Origin: a virus
Taxonomy: Duplodnaviria > Heunggongvirae > Uroviricota > Caudoviricetes
Length of the DNA: 24,790 nucleotides
Virus record (IMG/VR): IMGVR_UViG_3300020582_000005
Reading direction: 5' to 3' (one strand)
Shown here: one piece after another, positions 22,255-24,790 of the stretch
Layout: each line of letters begins with the position of its first letter
Position numbering within the stretch: position 1 is the first letter of the stretch
Made by a program: the position numbers and the translations under genes
The notes under the pieces: generated by a model
Database searches by the model: none
The model's input: only the letters and a program-made list of their open reading frames with translations
Told to the model about the DNA's origin: nothing

Positions 22255-23486
22255 AATTTGTACCTATGTATGACTTGGATCGCTTGTCCAAGGAAGAACT
22301 TCAGCAGTATTATCTTGATGCATGTCAATTCCATGGTGTGCCGCCTGAGTTAAACGTCTTGGCATTCACCTACATGGATTCCGGAGACGGAGCACGTCGT
22401 CGAGTCCTGTACGCTAAGAAAGGTGCCACGGATATTATTCGTGAACGGTTGGGAATCTCCGTCGCTGATCTTAGAAAGGAAATCTTTAACGGTACCCTGA
22501 CTTATACTTGCTTTGGTAAGAATAAAGACGGTCGATTTGAAATAGCTGTCGGTGCGTCTTATATCGATGGTTTGACGGGCAGAGCATTGGAAGTCGCCAT
22601 AATGGTCGCTCAGACTCGGGCTATTCGGCGAATGACACTGCAGTTTGCTGGTGCAGGTTTAATCGATGAAACTGAGCTTCAAGCAGATTCAAAGACAACT
22701 GACGTTAAGGAAGCTTTAACAACGCCGCAGCCAGTGAATAGACCCAATGCAGCGGCGGGTAAAGATATAACTGACAGTGGAATCGGTAATCTTTCTAGCC
22801 CCATCGATCTAGAAGTAGTTAAAACGCTACGAAGTGAACCTCTAGGACCTACCCAAGCCCAATTAGAGGCTCAACAAGCCTTGTCTAAGGTGCCGGAGAC
22901 GGTTCTAGCCAAGGAAGCCGGGGAAACGCTCCCTGAGGCTCCTAAACGTCGACAACGGCAGAAGCCAGTAGAGTTGGATACTCCATTCTCTTTTGATAAC
23001 CCCGTTCCAGTGCCAAAGTCAGTGAACGCCGACATTCCGGAAAGTAAGCAAACGACGACACCGGTAAAAGAAGTATCGGTTATCGAAACCTGGAAATCTT
23101 ATCCAGAGCATCTTACAGTAACTTTGCCAAAACCGGTTGACTTTGAACGTTTAGATGTAATGCCTGTTATTCCTAAGGCAGAAGATATCATTCCCGAGAT
23201 GAAGGCTCCTATTCCTGAATTACCGAATGATCAGCAGATGAAAGCATTTCGTGATCGTTTGTTCACATATACGAATACGATCCTGCCACAAGCAGGTATG
23301 GTTCCAACAGAGAACATTGGTGGTATCGGCATGAAGGTTCGTTTATTTGCTCAAGCAACGTACGGTCAAGTCCTGAATCAACTGACTGTCGCTCAGTGGG
23401 AAAATATGTTTAAGATGTTTGATAGTTTAACTCCAGTAGGTTTGGTTAAGTTGATTGATGAAACAGCCTTGAAAACAAAAGCATGA
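22251..23486 (+). CDS. RecT/Red-beta-like single-strand annealing protein with long C-terminal extension
   Basis: LS.EE..QYY...C...G..P, VLYAKKGATD.IR, GRFE.AVGA, M.AQTRAIRR.TL..AG.G.IDETE pattern; start 22251 by ATGA coupling. Confidence 0.7.
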   Translation: MKFVPMYDLDRLSKEELQQYYLDACQFHGVPPELNVLAFTYMDSGDGARRRVLYAKKGATDIIRERLGISVADLRKEIFNGTLTYTCFGKNKDGRFEIAVGASYIDGLTGRALEVAIMVAQTRAIRRMTLQFAGAGLIDETELQADSKTTDVKEALTTPQPVNRPNAAAGKDITDSGIGNLSSPIDLEVVKTLRSEPLGPTQAQLEAQQALSKVPETVLAKEAGETLPEAPKRRQRQKPVELDTPFSFDNPVPVPKSVNADIPESKQTTTPVKEVSVIETWKSYPEHLTVTLPKPVDFERLDVMPVIPKAEDIIPEMKAPIPELPNDQQMKAFRDRLFTYTNTILPQAGMVPTENIGGIGMKVRLFAQATYGQVLNQLTVAQWENMFKMFDSLTPVGLVKLIDETALKTKA

Positions 23487-24790
23487 TACTTAATGATGAA
23501 CAGCAGGCGGTAGTTAAGGCTATTGACGGAACGTGGGTGACCGTCGCAGGGCCGGGAAGCGGTAAGACGACTGTCTTAATTCAACGATATTTGAATATGT
23601 TGATGGGCGGTATTAAGTCTAAGGATATCCTTAATCTAACATTTACTGCTGCCGCAGCAGAAGAGATGGTCAACCGAGTCGGCTTATTGAATGCTAACAA
23701 AGTGTTTAGAACGTTTCATAGTTTCGCCTTGGAGTTGATTAAGAACGAACGGCAGCACCTGCCGTTCAAATTGTCAGATACGGTAATTCCAGTTGCTTTG
23801 GAAGATTACAAGTTGATATTTAAATTAGTCGAATCGTACAAAGCAATTAATAATTATCAGTTGTTGAAAGAGATGATCAGTGGTTGGAAACGTTCTAATA
23901 TGGAGCCAGAGCAAGTTATAGCGGAGTCAAATAATGAACGAGAATACTTCTACGGATTGGCATATAGAGATTACGAGCGTCGTTGTCGAGAAGAAGGGTG
24001 GCTGGACTTTGATTCGCTTATGCGGGAAACGGTCAAGCTCCTTGAAGCCGATGGAACCGTTCGTTCTAGATATCAACGGTCCTACATCAGCGTGGATGAA
24101 GCCCAAGACACTGATATCGTCCAATTCCGACTGCTTCAGCTTATCTTCGCAGGAAACATCTTCGTTGTTGGAGATGAGAATCAGCTTATATACGAATGGC
24201 GAAGTGCTCAGCCAGGAAGCCTCTCAAACTTCGAAAGATTGTTTCCAGGCGCTAGAAAGTTGTATCTCGGAGAAAATTTTCGCTCCACGGGAGAGTTGGT
24301 CAGCTTTTTCAAAACGATCCTCCCGGTGGACAACGGCATTGCATCGCATATGGTCACTCGGAACCCTTTGGGAGAAAAGCCATCATTCACTAAATTTTTC
24401 GACGACTTTTCAGAAGCGAGTTGGATCATCGATCACTTACTTGATCCGCCACGGACAGCAATCTTAGCTAGAACGAATCGGCAGTTGTTTATTTATCAGC
24501 GATTAATGTCTAGTCGTGGAATTAAATATGTGTTCCTGGGTAAAAAAGATTTCTTTGATCAGAAGGAAATTAAACATATGTTGTCTTTAGCTAAAGGCTA
24601 TCTTGAGGATACTCGACCAGCGCACCAAATTTTATCAGCGATCATACGTGAACATAATCTTCCAGCGTTATTTAGAAATTTTAATCCGGACGAGGCCGAT
24701 CCTATAAATAATATGAACGGCTTAGTTAAAATCGCAGTGGAAAAAGGCGGTAATATAAAAGAGTTTTTAGATTTTATGCGGAAATTAATG
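23483..24790 (+). CDS. uvrD: UvrD/PcrA-like SF1A helicase, 3'-truncated (absent from the ORF track)
   Basis: Read by hand: LNDEQ, AGPGSGKT, LTFTAAAAEEM, RTFHSF, LDFD, VDEAQD, VGDENQLIYEWR, ENFRST, AILARTN; runs off the window end. Confidence 0.95.
   Translation, partial: MILNDEQQAVVKAIDGTWVTVAGPGSGKTTVLIQRYLNMLMGGIKSKDILNLTFTAAAAEEMVNRVGLLNANKVFRTFHSFALELIKNERQHLPFKLSDTVIPVALEDYKLIFKLVESYKAINNYQLLKEMISGWKRSNMEPEQVIAESNNEREYFYGLAYRDYERRCREEGWLDFDSLMRETVKLLEADGTVRSRYQRSYISVDEAQDTDIVQFRLLQLIFAGNIFVVGDENQLIYEWRSAQPGSLSNFERLFPGARKLYLGENFRSTGELVSFFKTILPVDNGIASHMVTRNPLGEKPSFTKFFDDFSEASWIIDHLLDPPRTAILARTNRQLFIYQRLMSSRGIKYVFLGKKDFFDQKEIKHMLSLAKGYLEDTRPAHQILSAIIREHNLPALFRNFNPDEADPINNMNGLVKIAVEKGGNIKEFLDFMRKLM

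Noticed and set aside
386-24429. All minus-strand ORFs and nested alternative-frame plus-strand ORFs in the track (e.g. 1070-1522, 12047-12397, 13517-13777, 23934-24467)
   Set aside because: They are shadows of motif-bearing + strand genes, have no RBS or recognisable motifs, and the + strand tiling is already complete.
1-24790. CRISPR array, tRNA, rRNA, integrase/att sites, IS elements, rho-independent terminators
   Set aside because: No regularly spaced repeats, cloverleafs, transposase or integrase motifs, or clear hairpin-plus-U-tract were seen.

Overview
This window is a gene-dense segment of a dsDNA bacteriophage genome. All supportable genes (about 52 CDS) lie on the + strand and abut or overlap (frequent ATGA/TAATG junctions). 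No structural genes, integrase, tRNA, rRNA or CRISPR array were seen. From 1 to about 7200 is an early/accessory region of mostly small genes (SprT-like protease, C39-like peptidase, metallophosphoesterase, ATP-dependent DNA ligase, SWIM protein) with repeated sigma70-type promoters sharing a ~15-bp upstream motif. From about 7200 to 13000 are nucleases and nucleotide-handling genes (endonuclease VII, HNH, two DEDD exonucleases, dNMP kinase, MazG-like, nucleoside deoxyribosyltransferase-like). From about 13100 to the end is the replication module (putative SSB, primase-polymerase/helicase, ThyX, dCMP deaminase, second NDT-like, GMP reductase, family A DNA polymerase, RecT/Red-beta-like annealing protein, UvrD helicase truncated by the window end). 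The most notable items are: (1) the PolA gene is cleanly split just before motif A by a 93-aa Cys/His-rich gene; (2) a MazG-like protein carries an N-terminal arm resembling HigA-type antitoxins; (3) a ~190-nt GC-rich intergenic region folds like a structured RNA; (4) the endonuclease VII gene is bracketed by a 30-bp imperfect direct repeat; (5) a thyX-dCMP deaminase-NDT-guaC block could convert C/G nucleotides to T/A. All family calls come from motif recognition by eye; no database searches were run.
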